In this document: in pieces, positions 63,792 through 64,000 of the stretch
Layout of the letters: every line of letters starts with the position of its first letter
Position numbering within the stretch: position 1 is the first letter of the stretch
Source: Rhizophagus irregularis
Lineage: Eukaryota
NCBI RefSeq assembly: GCF_026210795.1
Contig: NC_089430.1
Coordinates: 5,270,001-5,334,000 of the forward strand
Direction: 5' to 3'
Length of the DNA stretch: 64,000 nucleotides
Position numbers and translations under genes: made by a program
Notes under the pieces: model-generated
Told to the model about the DNA's origin: nothing
Database searches by the model: none
Seen by the model: the letters and a program-made list of their open reading frames with translations, nothing else

Positions 63792-64000
63792 TTAATCCTC
63801 ATGGGATTCATTATTGTCAATAATTTTATCCCCTTGAAAATTATTAACGTCATTATTATTGTCAGAAGTAAAATATTCCATAATTTTTGAGATATTTTTA
63901 CTCATAGTTGATAAAGCATCACCGAATCTATTGATTTCGTTATTTTGTTTATTTAAACTATTTTCTATATCTGAAGATCCTGAGGCTTCAAGTTGTTCAT
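63792..64000 (-). CDS. LINE-B ORF1 C-terminus (partial)
   Basis: Open frame EQLEASGSSDIENSLNK...NESHED ending TAA 23 nt before the ORF2 ATG. Confidence 0.7.
   Translation of the reverse strand, partial: EQLEASGSSDIENSLNKQNNEINRFGDALSTMSKNISKIMEYFTSDNNNDVNNFQGDKIIDNNESHED

Larger units (their letters stand above)
56997..64000 (-). mobile_element. Non-LTR retrotransposon (LINE-B), 3'-complete, 5' part off the window; inactivated
   Basis: 32-nt polyA (T 56997-57028) after AATAAA; ORF2 APE-RT-RNase H-Zn motif; ORF1 C-terminus at window end. Confidence 0.95.

Overview
Very AT-rich eukaryotic DNA with short GT-AG introns. Gene and repeat content fit an arbuscular mycorrhizal fungus (Glomeromycota, Rhizophagus-like); this is inference. 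The core (14-56 kb) is a tandemly duplicated cluster of tyrosine-kinase-like (TKL) genes on the minus strand. Each has one complete kinase preceded by an array of Cys/His-motif + kinase N-lobe modules, one per phase-0 exon: 7, 5 and 14 modules in three intact genes, plus a pseudogene and a 5' fragment. In the middle is an intact plus-strand gene for an MLKL-like four-helix-bundle + pseudokinase + Sel1-repeat protein. Together these suggest a possible RIPK/MLKL-like sensor-executioner locus. Both window ends carry disrupted LINEs (APE + RT; RNase H visible in the right one). At 6.6-8.6 kb is an intact ORF1-only, polyA-tailed retroelement that shares 5' and 3' terminal motifs with those LINEs (HAL1-like 'half-LINE'). 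The rest is nested non-autonomous DNA transposons (hAT with 8-bp TSDs, a CAC-ended MITE, palindromes) and a probable solo LTR. No RNA genes or CRISPR arrays were recognised. Exon boundaries were read by hand; 3' tail exons are the least certain.
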